NCBI GenBank assembly: GCA_963804645.1
Contig: CAWDRG010000017.1
Coordinates: 448,001 to 512,000 of the forward strand
DNA from: an uncultured Bacillota bacterium
GTDB taxonomy: Bacteria; Sysuimicrobiota; Sysuimicrobiia; Sysuimicrobiales; Segetimicrobiaceae
DNA length: 64,000 nt
Direction: 5' to 3'
This document shows, in pieces, positions 62,865 to 64,000 of this stretch. The notes under the pieces are model-generated. The model had not been told where the DNA came from and made no database searches. It was given only the letters and a program-made list of their open reading frames with translations. How positions within the stretch are numbered: the stretch's first letter is position 1; each line of letters starts with the position of its first letter. The translations under genes were made by a program, and so were the position numbers.

Positions 62865-62997
62865 GCGCTGTCTCCCTCCCCTATGTCTCGTGTGGCGTCA
62901 TCCGGTCCCCACCACACCGTCGTGCCGCTCCGCCCCTCGCCGTGCCGGACCGAGTGCCTGGCGCCGTCCCGCGCGCTGACCCGGGACGGGCCCCGCC

Positions 62998-64000
62998 TCA
63001 GAACGTCGTCCCGGTGGAGATCCACAACTGTCCGCCCTCCGTGCTGATCCCGTAGTCGATGCGGAACAACCCCAGGGGGGTATGGGCCGCGATCCCAACC
63101 CCATAGTCGACATTCAGGTTGGTGGGCAGGGTGCCGAAGGGCTCGGTATCGCCGGCGTCCGCAAACACGATCCCGGTGAGCCCCGCGACCGACTTCAGGA
63201 ACGGGATCGAGCTGATCGGGAACCGGTACTCGCCGGTGAACAGCGACTCGTTGTCGCCCTGGAACCGGCCGTACACGTACCCCCGGAGCGTGTTCTGCCC
63301 GCCGAGGTAGAACTGCTCCTGAATCGGCAGCGGACCGCTCGCCGCCCCCAGGCTCATGCGTCCCACCACCACCGCGTCGCCGGCCGGCCAGTACTTGACG
63401 TAGTCGAACAGGATCTTCTCGAACGTAAAGTCTCCCCCGAGCGCGCTCTGCGTGTTGATCGAGATCTCGCTCCCCGACGTCGGGTTGAGCGGGTCGTTCC
63501 GCGTGTCCTTCTGCGCGCCGAGCAGGATCGCGTTGACCGTGCCGGGCGTGAAGACAAAATTGCTCGGGATCGTCGAGCTCGTGACGACGAGGTTGGACGC
63601 GGAGCCGAACTGCGTCGCGATGGACTTGACCCCGTACTGCCAGTTCTCGCCCGCGCTCGGAGGCCCGAACGGCGCCGTCCACGTGACCTGGCCGCCCTGC
63701 TGATACTCCGTGTATTGAAACCCGCCGTACAGCCCGCCGAACTGATAGTCCGTCGGAATCGTGGTCAGGTTGAACGCCTGGAAATCGAACGCGGTGTTGC
63801 GTCCCATCCAATACGGCTCGTGGAACGAGACGTTGAACTCGCTGCCGTTGAGGGAGGTCGTGTCGTACGCGACGGAGAGGCTCTGCCCGTTGCCGCCGAA
63901 GTCGCTGTCGCCCACGGAGACGAGCCCCTCGATGCCGTTGGTCGTGCTGTAGCCGGCGCCGAAGCTCAGCGTGGACGTCTTCTGCTCGGTCACGGTGATC
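62998..64000 (-). CDS. bamA: BamA/Omp85 outer-membrane assembly factor (3' part)
   Basis: FYLGGQNTLRGY, FADAGD, TPLGLFRIDYG, terminal F. Confidence 0.93.
   Translation of the reverse strand, partial: ITVTEQKTSTLSFGAGYSTTNGIEGLVSVGDSDFGGNGQSLSVAYDTTSLNGSEFNVSFHEPYWMGRNTAFDFQAFNLTTIPTDYQFGGLYGGFQYTEYQQGGQVTWTAPFGPPSAGENWQYGVKSIATQFGSASNLVVTSSTIPSNFVFTPGTVNAILLGAQKDTRNDPLNPTSGSEISINTQSALGGDFTFEKILFDYVKYWPAGDAVVVGRMSLGAASGPLPIQEQFYLGGQNTLRGYVYGRFQGDNESLFTGEYRFPISSIPFLKSVAGLTGIVFADAGDTEPFGTLPTNLNVDYGVGIAAHTPLGLFRIDYGISTEGGQLWISTGTTF

Overview
A GC-rich (roughly 70% by eye) bacterial chromosomal segment with almost all genes on the minus strand. The gene set suggests a diderm member of the Terrabacteria (Armatimonadota / Ca. 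Sysuimicrobiota-like; inference only). Evidence for this is an SLH-domain OmpM-type porin, DUF3084, a bamA-ompH x3-lpxDC-fabZ-lpxAIB-lptCAB-lptF/G cluster, gatCAB, DUF881 and Gram-positive-type LexA boxes. From left to right the window holds: polA (partial), tRNA-Leu(CAA) and adk; an unusual ~9.7 kb catabolic cluster (C-N hydrolase, NitT/TauT ABC importer, a lone dipicolinate-synthase-A-like protein, two metal-independent EutD/creatinase-like M24 hydrolases and a stand-alone NadB/SdhA-like flavoprotein); a glutaredoxin-like gene, DUF881, dnaE, an orphan Phd antitoxin and gatCAB; two Opp/Dpp-type ABC clusters; pcrA-guaA-guaB-hpt; two IS elements with clear target-site duplications (a two-ORF DDE element and an IS256); pyrF; and the outer-membrane/LPS cluster, which has a GT2 + ArnT-like pair inserted. 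About 18 small indels break otherwise intact genes, many at G/C runs, which points to long-read consensus errors. Several long ORFs in the supplied track are therefore false fusions. No CRISPR array, prophage or rRNA was seen. Best novelty candidates are the catabolic cluster, the two-ORF IS with a non-canonical transposase start, LexA boxes on unexpected promoters, a recurrent sigmaH-like promoter shared by host genes and both IS elements, and a structured ~125-nt intergenic RNA candidate.
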